Shown piece by piece: positions 1 through 13,066 of a stretch of 64,000 bases of DNA. The stretch is from Zootoca vivipara (taxonomy: Eukaryota): contig NC_083279.1 in assembly GCF_963506605.1 (NCBI RefSeq), positions 29,326,001 through 29,390,000 on the forward strand. The letters are read 5' to 3'. Each line of letters begins with the position of its first letter. Position 1 is the first letter of the stretch. The notes under the pieces are model-generated. The model searched no databases and was not told where the DNA came from. It saw only the letters and a program-made list of their open reading frames with translations. Both the position numbers and the translations under genes were made by a program.

Positions 1-877
1 TACCTAACCTTTAGCAGAAAAATCGCCCATGCACATACTGTAGGCCAGGCTAAGGGGTTATCTTACCAGCTGAGTGGATTTTGTTCTCTTTAACATACTA
101 AAGTTAAAAGCACGTTGCGGCAACATCCTTAGTGTGGAAAATAGGCAGGAGGAGTTCCAAAGAACTGCAGGAAAAAAATGGCCATTTTAGAATTTGTATA
201 AAACCAGAAATATATAAATAGCATTACGTTAACTCCATTCATATTACCGTATATATAAAGCAGGAGATGGGGGAGGGTCTTAGTACACCAGTAAATTGCA
301 TGAGAGTGAGGCATTCAACATTCCCCCATAGGGTTCCCCACACTTCATTAACTATCCCAGACACTTTTCTGTTGGCCCTGGTACTGAAGGTGAGTCAGGA
401 ACACAGAAAAGTGGCTGGAGCAAAAGTTTACTTGAAGGATTATCTTATTCTGTATGTGCCCATTCGAATGTTTCATATTTTCTAGTGAATATTTTGAATC
501 GCTTTATGTAAAGGTTGGTTAATTAAACAGTATATAAATTTTGTTAAATATACATTTGGGTTTGTGGGGATTGTTTTGTCAGAGCTTATTTTGATGATAA
601 GTGAAGGACCAGGGCAGGCTGAGAATAGACTAAAAGTTCTTGTGAGGTAATTTAAACAAATGAAGAAGTGAGCAATGAAAGAGGCTAGGTTTTGTATGTG
701 AATTGAGTTATGAATGCATGGTGATTTTTAGCATGATTGTTTTTTAAAAAAAATAGTTTATTAAGGGCCTTATAATTGAAACCAAGGAAAATAACTTACT
801 CATATTACTTGATTTGAGGGGCAACTGCCATTACATACTGGATAATGTTAAACACCACAATTTTCCATCTTTTATAG

Positions 878-902
878 GGTTTCTATTTTGAAGAACTTCT
901 AA
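878..902 (+). CDS. TSGA10: Probable terminal coding exon of TSGA10: (E)VSILKNF*
   Basis: Pyrimidine tract and acceptor ttttccatcttttatag|G. The phase-2 reading (GA)G GTT TCT ATT TTG AAG AAC TTC TAA has the same length and final Phe as the recalled mammalian TSGA10 end (E-NLCYRDF*). TSGA10 lies directly upstream of CRACDL in the same orientation in human (recalled synteny). AT-rich UTR follows, with AATAAA at 1836. Confidence 0.45.
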
Positions 903-1835
903 CTGAAGAAGATAATGAAAAAAAGTATGATATCTATTATAGAAATGCAAATGCCAAATTGAACTCAGGGTTTACTAAAACGATTGTTTTAATCCAATTG
1001 ATGGTGGATAAGGTTCAGAGTACTTCTTAAAAGGAGTGTGCACACACAAATATTTTATTTTAGCCACTGGAATATAAGTTTTAATATGCTGTTTTATGCA
1101 ACCAATACCCACTCTTAGTACATGAAACTGAAAAGAAATGTGAAGATGACTTCAGCTGCGTGCTGTCAAAGAAACATTATTAATGAACCTATCGCTGTAA
1201 AGATGAAAACAGAAAACAGTTTATCCTTTCTTTTATCTGTTGTAGCTTGATTGTATGCCTGCTAAGTTACGACACATTTTCAGGAGGAAAGACATTTTTA
1301 AGATTAATTATATTTAATATATGTGGTTTAATTTTGAATACAAATCTGATGTTAAATCAATTAGTGGCTTGGATCCTAACTTCCATTCTGTGAACACCAT
1401 TCACATTCACTGAACAGAGCTGTACAACCGCCTCACAGAAAATCTGGTTCTGGAGATTGCGGAACCCTTAGGAAACGGGTCAGATATCGTATGGCAGAGC
1501 TGCAGGTGGAGGGGGAGTTTATGGAAATCACACTCATCCCTTGTGTGAACAGAAAAGTAACTTAGGATTCAATCCAAAGTATCAAAAAGCAATTATTATT
1601 GTTTTACGTTAAACAAGCAACAGTCTATGTACTTATAGAAATAATAGTGTCAGCTCCTATTTCATATATATCCATTAACAGCGATGTGCTGGCTCTGCAG
1701 CTATATAACCCATTCTAAGCATTAAGTATTTTGGGGATACAGCAGGCCTTCATCAGGCTGTAACTGGGTAACATATTTAAATTCTGAATAATGTCACATT
1801 CTGAATAATGGCCATTAAATATGTCATTTGTAAAT

Positions 1836-1841
1836 AATAAA
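1836..1841 (+). terminator. Candidate polyadenylation signal for the upstream gene
   Basis: AATAAA about 930 nt after the stop at 902, followed by T-rich sequence. Confidence 0.3.
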
Positions 1842-4142
1842 AAACACCATGAACACTTGTTTTAATTTGCAGTTTACAAAAATACATACTGACAATAACA
1901 CATACTAAGCTATGAAAATTGCATTATTTAAAGTACAGACATTGCAAATGTTATTTAACACTCTATAAAACATTCATTTAATAAGAATTTTTCCAATTTT
2001 TCCTTATTAGAAGCCACTTGTTTTATTATAATGAAACACAATTCCTTATTCAATGCAGCTGAAAAAATAGTCCTTTCAGTAGTCCTTTCTTTTGTGTGTT
2101 AAGCCAATTTTTAATTATGTTTCATCTAAGTGCTTGTTTGTTTTTTTGAGATAATGGACATAAAATGATTAAGCTCTTTTCAGTATTGTTTCCATCTCCA
2201 AAAGCTTTACAGAATTTTAAATCCTAAAAATGTATCGAAACCTCTCCCACCCCATCATTTTAAAGCTATATATGCAAGTATGTGTAACAAGATGGATTTA
2301 TAAGCTTTATATAGAAATATATTAACTGTGAAAAACGTCCCGAGCAGCTTTATTATTCAATACATTTCACTCCTTCCTACCAGTTACGACTCAGGGGAAA
2401 GTCAAATTTTAATTTTAATTGTAAAATGTTCCTTGCAAGCACATAACAAAGAAAAATTAAAGCTGGTGTTTATAGAATTGTAAGGGCATGCCCAAAGATT
2501 CCAGTTTGACCCCTCAATTCAAAAATCTATTTTGTAATACCACTAAGTGACAAAATTGCTGTATCATAGTGCTTTTGAGATTCCTCCTGACTTTACTAAA
2601 ATATTACCTTTCTAGACCCTATAGGTTTCCTGCTTCTCTGCAACTAATCTTACTTTGTAATATGTGAAACTGAATCCTTGTTCTAAAATGGTCATCACTC
2701 TAAATGGGGAAGGAAAAGGAAGGGCGAAAAAATATATCAAATAACTCCTTTCTAGAGAGGTAACAATTCTCACTCTTGTAATCCTTTGGGTGAAAAACCA
2801 GTGAACTGAGAATTCATCATTCCTTACTTCTTAGTGATGATGTTTTCATTTATCAGTCTTCTCGACATCCAAAAAGGAAACAGCTGTGTCGTATTCAAAT
2901 CAGTGCTGAACCAATGGTTTCCTTCTGTTATTCTGAGCATTATATTACTTGCCTTTGCTTAATTCTCTGAATGTTATATGAATGACATTTCTTCTATAAG
3001 ATAAATTCATAAAATTCGGACACTGCTTGTAACATACAAGAAAACTCGATTTGTGTATAACTCAGTTTTTGTTTAGTGTAATCATTACATTGGCATTGTA
3101 AGTGCAACTAGTCCCCCCCCCCAAAAAAAACAGGTAGAAAAATTTGCTGGTCAGTATGGCATGATGACAACTACATTGTCTTTGGAGTCTTCCTATGAAA
3201 TAATAAATTCAATGTAATACTGGCCAGTTTCACACATAACAGGAAACCATGGTTTCTTACCATATGAATAAGCTGCAGTAAGCCTTGGACTCTCTCAATA
3301 TATTTTCAGATTCTGGTTTGTTCTCACTGACAAGTTTAAACAAACCACTTACCCAACTTTGACAAAACGAGGCTGGAGAGGCTGCACAATTCTATGGGAG
3401 AACTCATGGCTAATTCAGTATTACGTGTAAATCAGAACATAGGTCTTTTTCTGCAGGTTTACAATTCCCTAGTTTCTTTTAAAAGAAATAAAAAAATTGT
3501 ACAACTCCTCAGTTTTGCTGTTTTCATTGGTGGGGGAAAGGTTTCTTGTTGAGTTCACAGAGTGCAGTTTCTACAGTTGTATTATATGCAGTCTTACTGA
3601 CGAACATAATTATCTGAAACAATGATTAGTACACCCACTGAATCAACTGAGCCTTACAAATGCTACTGTTAGACCACATCACTTGATAACTGTCTAAAAG
3701 CTTTTCAAAATTGATTACTTAGTTGGGAATATAAAGGTGAAACAAAGGTAAACAAACTATTGTCTTCTTTATGTAATTGTGTGGGTGTGGTTAACATAGT
3801 ATAGGAAAGTTTGTTCTTTCCCACATGGCGCAGCTAAGAAAACAGTGGGTGTGTCAGTCATTGCACATTGTTCTCTAACCTCCCCACCCCACCCCCACCC
3901 CCAAATTCAGAAACAAACCTGAGCTGCACACAATTGTGTTAGAAATCTGGCCACTATTCTGCATCCTCCTCAGTGCCTTGGACTAGCGTTCTTTGGGAGA
4001 ATTGGGGGTCTGGAAAGGAATAGAGACAACAAGCAACAACACAGTGCAGAATATTCAGAAGGGAAATTGCCAACATTGTCCTTTTCTTTTTCAAACTGCA
4101 AATAGGGGAATCATATTTTAAATTAGTCCACTTACTATAAAA

Positions 4143-4361
4143 CAGTGGTTCCCAACCTTTTTTTGGCCATGCCCCACCTAAGCATCTCTAAAATCCTGAA
4201 GCCACCGTGACATGTAATTCTTATTCAAAAAGTGAACTCCTATTCACATGGAGGAAGCCTAAAAGGCCATTCACTGTTAATAACTCATTCTCTAATTGAC
4301 CCCCCTTAAAAATCAAATTGCCCCCCCCTGTGGGGCGTGGGGCCCACTTTAGGAACCACGG
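4143..4361. mobile_element. Non-autonomous hAT (Charlie-like) MITE
   Basis: TIRs CAGTGGTTCCC...GGAACCACGG; perfect 8-bp TSD CTATAAAA at 4135-4142 and 4362-4369. Confidence 0.85.
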
Positions 4362-5599
4362 CTATAAAACAAGCACATTTGTTTTACAGTATTTGAGATG
4401 TGTGTTTTCAGAATCCACACTATTCCTGTGACTATTGTTGGTTTTGTTTTTAATAATTTCTAAATTTATATTGTTCATAACCTGCCCTGGGACCTGGGGA
4501 AGGGCAGGTGGTGTTGGTGGTGTTGATGATGATGATTTTAACAACAACAACAACAACAACAACTTAAGAGGAATATCTCTTCTGGGAGGTAAGATGTAGG
4601 GCACACTGATAATGAAAATCTCCCCTCCCAGTCTGAAAGTGACCACCTCAGTACAGTATACACTTTATTCTGCAAGACTTGCTCAAATAAAATATCTATC
4701 CATTTTTAGTAGATGATGTGTCTGCAAATTAAGTGTTTAATTTCATAAACTGATTTGATGAACCTATAAAGCCCCATGTTTGTTGCCAAATGTGTTACAT
4801 AGCTATATTGTTAGAAGAATAAATCTATATTGTCAGTAGAATTATATATGAGAGAAATATGATGGTATTTTAACAACTACAATTTGGGGTGATAACTATA
4901 TATCCCAAACCTGACATTAATAGTTCAAATTAAATATATTCAGTCACTCATATCCTAACATTAGGCAAACCCAGTAGTTAAGATAAAATGTGAGGGCATC
5001 TACCTGCCATCTGCATACTCAGGGTGGACCTACTGAATTTAGTAAAGAACTTAAATCCATTTATTACAGTTGATCTACCCTGAGTATGACTAACACTGGA
5101 TAGCAGAGAATTTTCATTTTAGGATCTTTGGCAGTTAAACAGGACTTCTCTTAACACTTTTCTAAGACTTTTGTTTGTGTGCAACTTTCAACTTATTTTT
5201 CTTTGCCTGAAACACAATTCCCACATCCGGCTGCTTTCGTTACCAGGTAAATAAAGCTCACACGGAATGGAATTTTCCTTTCAAAACTGTTCTACGATTC
5301 CACACTCAACTTTAATCTTCCTTGGACACTGCTCTCTCTGCAGCTCTAGTCAGTAATAGGGGAGGCTGACGTAGATCAGCAGCAGAGCCCATACTTTGCG
5401 TGCAGAAAGTCCCAGCTCAAAAAACTGGCTGGCTGAGTAGAAATACTCGGGAGTAGCAGGACGGACCTCTGCCGTTTTATAAGTACTGTAGCCTACAACA
5501 TATTGGTGGTCATCACAGCCTCCTACAAGAATAAAAGTTCTGCGACTCGGGTTAAGGGAAGATAAACCTCCCATGTCTTATTTTTGACCTGAAAACTAC

Positions 5600-6440
5600 C
5601 CACGCGCAGCTCAGGTAAAGCACACCTGTTCGCTGACTGGGTTCATATTCCAAAAACCACTGTATTCGGTGGCGGAGGTGGGAATTCCTTTGAACTGAAA
5701 CGTCGAAGAACCTGACAAACAGAGGTTGCCAGGTCCCGAGGACATGGGAGCAAACTTAACGGGACTTGCTTCCGAGTAGACTTGCAAGGGACGGATCTGT
5801 TCCTGGAACCAAGTGATTAGACCCTCCCGCCAAACGAGAGGCGCGGCGGGCAGCTGGCGCCGAGTCCCAGCTTCCCCAACGCTTTATCCGCTTTCTTGGA
5901 GCTTTTCCTGCGGCGAGGCCAGGTTGCGTCGCCTTGCAGGGTCGGTCCCAGGGCAGGCTCGCTGCTTAAAGCGAGCCTCGGGCACGCCCGGCTCGCTCCT
6001 TTCCCGGCTCTAGCCAGAGCCAATGAGCCGCTCCTCGAGCGCCTGGCTCGCCTTGCTGGCAGCGCCGCCCGGGGCAACACACTCCGCCTCCTCAAGGTGC
6101 CTGTGCGCGGGGGAGGCTCCCTTCCCGCCTCCAGTTGCAGCCGGTTCGCCCGCTGACTGGAGAGACCCCGCGTTGCTGTCGTGCGTGTGAAGCAGCAAGG
6201 TGGGTGGGTGTAGGCGACCTTGGAGGGCCAAGGCCGGGTAGCGCTGCAGTTCAGGGAGTTGGTTGCTAAGGGCGAGTTTCCGCGGAGTTGCAAGCAGCGC
6301 ACCTGGCTGGCGCGCGGTTCCCCTTTCAGCGCCGCCATAGGCGAGCAGGCCAGGAGTTTTTAAACGTCCTCGGCTTCCTCTTGCGCGCGGCCCAGTCCTC
6401 TCCGCGTTTAGTTCAGTCAGTAAGGACTTAACTTTCAGGT
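5600..6440 (+). promoter_or_regulatory. CRACDL: CpG island / CRACDL promoter
   Basis: The only long CpG-rich stretch not attributable to a TE. Contains CCAAT (6020), an RFX-like GTTGCTAAGGGCGA (about 6262), TATA-like TTTTAAA (about 6358) and Inr-like CCAGTCC (6392). It ends in a consensus donor CAG|GTAAGT. Confidence 0.75.
6392..6438 (+). other. CRACDL: Putative non-coding first exon of CRACDL (5' boundary uncertain)
   Basis: Perfect donor CAG|GTAAGT at 6438/6439 at the island edge. No ATG in frame with the downstream coding exon back to the in-frame TAG at 6338. Confidence 0.6.
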
Positions 6441-6642
6441 AAGTGCTGGGACCTGCTTTCCTGCAACCTGCGCTATTCTTAGCTGTGAATGGCCTCTGGG
6501 ATAACAGCCCTGTGAGAGCACCGTAGGATGCTTCCTCATCCTCTTGCCAGACTGAAACGGGTTTTTCGTTTGTATGCTTGAGATCCCTTAGCCTGGGTTA
6601 GTTATCCAGGAACTACCCTTCTTACGTTCACTGAGTGGTTAA

Positions 6643-6790
6643 ATAATAATAATAAAAATAATAATAAATTTTATTATTTGTACCTTGCCCATCTGACTGG
6701 GTTGCCCCAACCACTCTGGGTAGCTTCCAACATATATAAAAACATAATAATATACTATATTACACATTTAAATGTTTCCCTGTACAGTTG
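6643..6790 (-). mobile_element. L2 LINE 3' end with (TAA)n tail
   Basis: TTTGTACC..GCCCATCTGACTGGGTTGCCCCA.CCACTCTGGG motif, repeated at 11.7, 36.2 and 42.5 kb. Confidence 0.7.
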
Positions 6791-8293
6791 GAAGGGGCGA
6801 TTCTCCTTTTCATTTCCTGCAAAAGATATGCAGGTCAGAGTTTCCTTTCCCCCCTTTTCATTGTGTAGATGGAACCAAGCACCAGCTGTGGAAAATCGTA
6901 TCTTTCTGGGCTAGTTACCAGTAAATGGTTTTCATTCTCATATAATAATGACTAGGGATTATTAGAACTTTAGTAGAAGGCTGTGAAGAAACATGCAAGG
7001 ACAGAGTGTTAAAACACCACATTTTACTACTTCTGATCCATGTTGATTGTCAGTTTATCACTGGTAACTAATCTGCATAAAAGTTACAATCCTATTCCTG
7101 TCTGCTCAGAAGTAAGTCCCACTGAATTCAATAGGGATTACTCTGAGGTAAATGTGTACAGGATTGCAGCCTAAGTGATATAGTAAATACACATTCTGAC
7201 TGTAACAGTTATTACGGATAAATCCCAAATAGAAGAGGAGGTGCCACCCTCATCCTTATTGATGGAGCTGATCCACTTTTGCATGTAGCACAAGAAAGAT
7301 GAAAAACCTTTACACCTTGACCCTAAGCAAGTCCCGCTATATGTATGCTATCATGAAAAGCTCCTCCATGTATTTATAAGAACAAAGTTTTGCTGTTTGG
7401 TCAAAAGCTATGACTTCATTGACCATTTTTAACTGTTTGGAAATGCTTGGAATTATTGTGACACAGGACTAGTTACCCAGTTCTGTACCCATTTTGGAAG
7501 TAAGGTTCATGGAGGTACTATACTGAGAATTACTGATATACATCTTCGCAAAGTGTTAGAAGGTTGTGCAACAATCTTTATTAAACTACATTTTATTTAT
7601 ATAGCTATGACAGTACTTATAGAGAATATATATATTAAGTATGTATGCAGTAGAATCTTCATTATTTCAATCTTAATGTCCAAATTAAATTTGTATACCA
7701 CTGAGTCATGATCAGCATCACTGCATTGCAGCTATTTAGTAACAACTTTATGAAATCAATGGGATTTACAGCTGCAATCCTAGCCCCGCTTAATTTGGGA
7801 GTAGGCCTCACTTAATTCAGTAGGGCCTACTTCTGGGGACCGTGCTGTTTATGTTTTAAAGTTTGCAACTCTAATAGCAGTTCCATTTGTGTAAATCTCT
7901 CACTGAGTATTTTGGAAGCCTTTTCCTTTTCCCTTTCGATGTATGAGGTTTCAGTGTAGGTGGATGCTGACGTTCTTTAAAGAAGTCAACATTCTCTTAT
8001 CATTCCGGTTTACGTTTTTCATCACAGTATTTCATTCCCTAAACTCTTGTTCCCTAAACTCTTGTACCAAAACAAAAAATCAAAATGTTTTAAGCTGATA
8101 GTATAGAGTACATAATATTCTGACAAAGCTTAAGATTTCAGTTGCTCTAGTTTCCATGCAGGTTCACCCATCTGTATTGGCAGAGGCAGCACATCTGTAT
8201 GTGCAAAGAAATGCTTATGTAGATCTGATTCCTCCGCAGAATAAAATGTGGTCAATTCCTTTGTTTATTGCACTGTGTTATTTACATAGCATA

Positions 8294-8647
8294 AAGGTAA
8301 AGGTAAAGGGACCCCTGACCATTAGGTCCAGTCGTGACCGACTCTGGGGTTGCGCGCTCATCTCGCATTATTGGCCGTGGGAGCCGGCGTATAGCTTCCA
8401 GGTCATGTGGCCAGCAAGACAAAGCCGCTTCTGGCAAACCAGAGCAGCACACGGAAACGCCGTTTACCTTCCCGCTGAAGCGGTTCCTATTTATCTACTT
8501 GCATTTTGACGTGCTTTCGAACTGCTAGGTTGGCAGGAGCTGGGACCAAGCAACGGGAGCTCACCCCGTCACAGGGATTCGAACCGCCGACCTTCTGATC
8601 AGCAAGCCCTAGGCTCAGTGGTTTAACCACAGCGCCACCTGGGTCCC
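8294..8647 (-). mobile_element. Sauria SINE (Squam1/POM-type), full length
   Basis: On the - strand: tRNA-like head GGGACCCAGGTGGCGCTGTGG and (ACCTTT)n tail. 16-bp TSD TTATTTACATAGCATA on both sides. Confidence 0.92.
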
Positions 8648-8910
8648 TTATTTACATAGCATATGTGTGGCTAAATGTATGTGCCATGGGATACGCAGTG
8701 AATACAGTCAACTCCCGATTTGGGCAGGAGTTGAGTTTTGAGTCATCCTCCATCCCCTTTCCCAGCCATTTTTGGGTCACCACACATGTCAGTTGGATGC
8801 ATGTAAATTGGTCATTGCTCGTGCCATGCCAAATTCATATAAGAAGTGGACCTTAGAGTTCATTTGATAAATTTACTATATAACTGGACAGCTTTATTTG
8901 GTATGTTATG

Positions 8911-9065
8911 CATGGGCATAGCCAGGATTTTTTTTTTTAGAGGGTGCAGGCTTTATGGTAGGACGGGCAGAACTGAGTTATCTGCGACAAAATTGTTCAG
9001 TTAAGCATTTTTATTTACTTACTTGATTGGAGGTGGGCAACTGCCCACCCCCGGCTATGCCCATG
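8911..9065. mobile_element. hAT MITE
   Basis: Perfect 13-bp TIR CATGGGCATAGCC/GGCTATGCCCATG; perfect 8-bp TSD ATGTTATG. Confidence 0.85.
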
Positions 9066-9112
9066 ATGTTATGGATTATCAAGTTTGCACTGTATTCAGG
9101 CATTCATTAAAT

Positions 9113-9238
9113 CAGGAGTGGGGAAACTGTGACCTCCGGCTGTTGTTGGACTCCAACTCCCATCAGCGCCAGCCAACATAGTAGGTGATGGGAGCTATAG
9201 TCCAGCAAGAATTGGAAGTTCACAGGTTCCCCATCCCC
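9113..9238. mobile_element. Degenerate copy of the ~135-bp palindromic hAT MITE
   Basis: Core GGACTcCAACTCCCATCA...TGATGGGAGcTATAGTCC shared with the intact copies at 42.6, 48.7, 50.0, 56.0, 59.1 and 63.1 kb. Confidence 0.7.
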
Positions 9239-9382
9239 ACATTATACTTAAGCAAGATGTGCATAAGACTTAAGTTGTACAAAAGTGTTAAAATGTTTTG
9301 GATTTGATTTATTTTAACTTCTTGAGGCCTGAATGTAATATACATCCGAAAGCTAAATCTGCATATACAGAATTATCCTAAG

Positions 9383-9513
9383 GTTGTTGTTGTTTAGTCG
9401 TTTAGTCGTGTCCGACTCTTCGTGACCTCATGGACCATACGGTAGCACGCCAGGCACTCCTGTCTTCCACTGCCTCCCGCAGTTTGGTCAAACTCATGTT
9501 GGTAGCTTCGAGA
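9383..9513 (-). mobile_element. Bov-B (RTE) LINE 3' end
   Basis: (GTT)n-TTTAGTCGTTTAGTCGTGTCCGACTCTTCGTGAC is the characteristic Bov-B tail in reverse. Confidence 0.85.
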
Positions 9514-10435
9514 AAGGTAATTCTTAGCAAGTGCTGTCTTTGCTTATGAGTTGCAGTACAGAGTTATGTGTTACGTGTTTTCTATTGCATAGATTGTGAA
9601 CTTAAGTAATCCACAGATGTTCTGAGGAAATATAGTGATGCAATTTAATTGCCCTATCCAAATATTTATCTCACAACTCATTGGGTTGCAGATTGTTTCC
9701 ATTTATAACCACCTGAAATCTCCAATTTGTTTTGCATTTATGCAAATTCTCGATTAGAACTCTCAATCAGCAGTTTTCACAGGGCAAAGATTAGAAGAAA
9801 AAACAGGACATTCTTATATTTGTTTGCCTTCTAGCTGTGTAATCATTGAAGAAAAGACTGCACGGTAGGCTTATCATGGGAGGAGGAAAAGTACTTTTAT
9901 CCTGATCTGGCACAGAAACAGGAATGTTGCTTCCTTGTTTTGCTGGCAGATTAGCTTTGTACAGTGTCTTGTTTTAAACAAAAACTATCCGTTGTTGTTT
10001 TCTTTGTAAAGAGAAATATTTTTCAAATGAACTGATTTTTCTAAGAGGCTCTACATGTCAGGTAGCTCATCTCCTTGCTGTAATTTCTAATTTTTCCCTT
10101 TTGGTTTATACTGATGAATGTGAGATTTTAATTGGATTGTTTACACCCGGCCTCCTTTGCATGTCTATATATTTATTAGTTTCTTGATAACAATATTCTC
10201 TGAGCAATGAGCAAATATAATAGCCTAACAACATTATTCAATACAAACACACACTGAGGTAACACAATTGCAGCTCTGAACATATCCACTGACATAAAGG
10301 CATAAGTAATTTCATAAGGCTAAGACATACATCCAGCTGACAGAGATTAAAATACTTCTAGTACAAAATTAATTGCAACATTAAAACAATATAATCTTAA
10401 AATACTGGGTGAATAATAGAGTCTTTCTTTAGTTC

Positions 10436-10495
10436 TGGGGGTTGGGCTAGATGACCATTGGGGTCCCTTCCAACTCTACAGTTCTATGATTCTAT
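10436..10495 (+). mobile_element. CR1 LINE 3' tail
   Basis: GGGGTTGGgCTAGATGACC...CCTTCCAACTCTACAGTTCTATGATTCTA. Confidence 0.75.
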
Positions 10496-11674
10496 TTTAA
10501 AAAATACTATGTAGTATTGGGGTAAAGGGGGGCATTCTGTACCTGAATTGTCTTGATGCTGCAAGATAATTCAGAGACGGATTCACTTAGCACTTTGGAA
10601 TACAGGACCGATCAAGAGAATAATGAACCTCCAATTATTAGATATTTCTTGAATAACATAATGCAATCTTATGCTGAGGTGGTTCTTTGAATCGGGGAGG
10701 GAATGACTGGGAATTGACCACTCTGTGTTTTCTTCTGGCATGTTCTGTGCTCATCTAAAAAATACACTATCCTAAACTTTCAGAAATGGGATATTATGTT
10801 AGAAGTCCCCAACATGGCATTTTTGCACTCCCGTGCATACAGCCAGCTTAAAGGCCAAACCACACATTACTTTTTTTAAACTAAAGTACAAAATAACCCT
10901 TTTTGATAGCATAATAGAAATGTGTTCCCAATTGCTGTGCATGTCCCAGCGGCTAGGCTTTCTCTTTAGCAGTTGTGGAAACAAGTGTTGGAAAGGGATC
11001 AGGCCTCCACTTTTGCGTTTAGTGCAGGGAAGCCCATCTATTTAAATGTGTATATGCCATTAATAACAAGCACTGTACATTTATTTTGCCATTTAAATTT
11101 AAGTACTTTTTGTACAGTACTTGGCTTTAAAATGTAAATAGCTCTTAGGCATTCAGTACTGAACAATTAGCCAAAGGCACTTGATTACAAGGCACCTGTA
11201 TATTATTCATCGTCTCAGTTAAACCACTGGAAGTAAACTGTCATGCTGGTACCCTCAGCCTTATTTTTAAAATAACAATATTCCGGAATACATACTGGGG
11301 AGTGGAGGTTAATTTAGAACTGGGCATGCCTGTCTTTCTCTAAGGCCACAAAATGAAAATGCCTTAAGCAATAATTGGTGCTTTACAGCTTCCTAATTTC
11401 AGAAAGGTTGCCAGGCCTTTGGCATGCTGAGAATGTAGCAGGGACACAACAGCTAGCTTTCCTTTGAAAATGACTTATGCACTGAGTATTATTTTCCTTT
11501 TGGTGAGGGCCAGGGTATGAGAATAAGAAACCCAGCTGATTCAGTCCCTAGTGTTTCATCTATTATTATCCTAGTTTGCAAATTGCACAACTAAACACTT
11601 CAAATAATTCATGTTTCAGAGCAGTAATGTTAGGCTGGATGACTTAATGTCAGTTGATTTTTCAAGCTATCAGG

Positions 11675-12040
11675 TTATTATTACTATTACTATTACAGTA
11701 TTATTATTTTATTTATACCCCGTCCATCTGGCTGGGTTGCCCCAGCCACTCTGTGCGGCTTCCAACACATATAAAAACATAATAAAACATCAGACATTAA
11801 AAATTTTCCAATACAGGGCTGCCTTCAGTTGTCTTCTAAAAGTTTTGTAGTTCTTTATCTCCTTGACATCTGATGGGACGGTATTCCACAGGTAGGGCAC
11901 CACTACTGAGAAGGCCCTCTGCCCAGTTCCATGTAACTTCACTTTTCACAACAAGAGTACTGCCCAGAAGGCCATTTGAGCTGGACCTCAGTGTCTGGAC
12001 TGAACAATGGGGGTGGAAATGTTCCTTCAGGTACTCCTAA
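11675..12040 (-). mobile_element. L2 LINE 3' fragment
   Basis: (TTA)n tail, CCATCTGGCTGGGTTGCCCCAGCCACTCTG, then TTCCACAGG..GGCACCACTACTGAGAAGGCCCT, typical of the L2 ORF2 end and 3' UTR in reverse. Confidence 0.75.
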
Positions 12041-12133
12041 GCAAACTTCTCTAAAGGGAAAGTGACTGTCCAGACAAGTTGAGACTTTGCCTAGCTGCCT
12101 CTTACCATACTGGAGTTCAAAATTACGTACATA

Positions 12134-12351
12134 CAGTGGTACCTCGACATCCGAATGCCTCAACTTCCGAAGGTTTCGACTTCCGAAGTCGGCAAACCCA
12201 GAAGTATTTTCGCCGCACGCGCGGTCTGCGCATGCACAAAGTGCAAAATCGCGCTTCACGCATGCGCAAAATGGACACTTCGACATCTGAAGGTTTCGAC
12301 TTACGAAGAGCGCCGCAGAACGGATCGCCTTCATAAGTCAAGGTACCACTG
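12134..12351. mobile_element. Tc1/mariner (Tigger/pogo-like) MITE
   Basis: TIR CAGTGGTACCTCGAC/GTCAAGGTACCACTG with TA on both sides; internal TTCGACTTCCGAAG repeats. Confidence 0.85.
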
Positions 12352-12754
12352 TAGTGTCAAAACCAAGGAGAGGCTGCTTCACTGTGGGGCAGGGGAACTT
12401 AGCATGCTGTGTCATTGGGAACATTTGCTATTATTTGTTATACACATTAAAGCACCTAATGTTTTCTGTGTTCTGTACAGATTCTAAAAGATAAGACTAT
12501 CTGTAACTTGCAATAGGAAAGGAATGGTGGAGGGGGTAGGTTCACTTTCAGTGGCTGATGGAATGGGCCAGGCTGGGCTCCCATTTGCCATGATGCTCTT
12601 CCTCGTATGCAGTAATGAGTGCAGGCTCCCAGGATCTCAGAGGTTCTTGGTCTGTCTGCAAGTGACAGAGGTCACAGTGTGCCTCGCTTCAGCAAGGTAA
12701 CTGGCAGTTGGAGCACAGTGCATGTTGCCTACCATTGACTAAGACAGGTTATAG

Positions 12755-13052
12755 TCAAGTGTGGTGTAGTGGTTAAGAGTGGTAGACTCGTAATCTGGGG
12801 AGCCGGGTTCGCGTCTCCGCTCCTCCACATGCAGCTGCTGGGTGACCTTGGGCTAGTCACACTTCTCTGAAGTCTCTCAGCCCCACCTACCTCACAGGGT
12901 GTCTGTTGTGGGGGAGGAAGGGAAAGGAGAATGTTAGCCACTTTGAGACTCCTTCGGGTAGTGATAAAGCAGGATATCAAATCCAAACTCCTCCTCCTCC
13001 TCCTCCTCTTCTTCTTCTTCTTCTTCTTCTTCTTCTTCTTCTTCTTCTTCTT
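12755..13052 (+). mobile_element. Squam3-type tRNA/CORE SINE with (CCT)n(CTT)n tail
   Basis: A box TGGTGTAGTGG, B-box-like GGTTCGcgTCT, CORE-like GGGTGACCTTGGGCTAGTCAC, L2-like tail and trinucleotide microsatellite. Confidence 0.8.
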
Positions 13053-13066
13053 CTATGGCTAACCTT

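Noticed and set aside
5817-6338. 173-aa minus-strand ORF and overlapping ORFs
   Set aside because: Arg/Ala/Pro-rich ORFs in all frames are expected in a stop-poor CpG island, and there is no recognisable domain.
6331-6340. Perfect Kozak-like GCCGCCATAG as a non-AUG start
   Set aside because: Out of frame with the CRACDL coding exon after the 6438 to 30615 splice.
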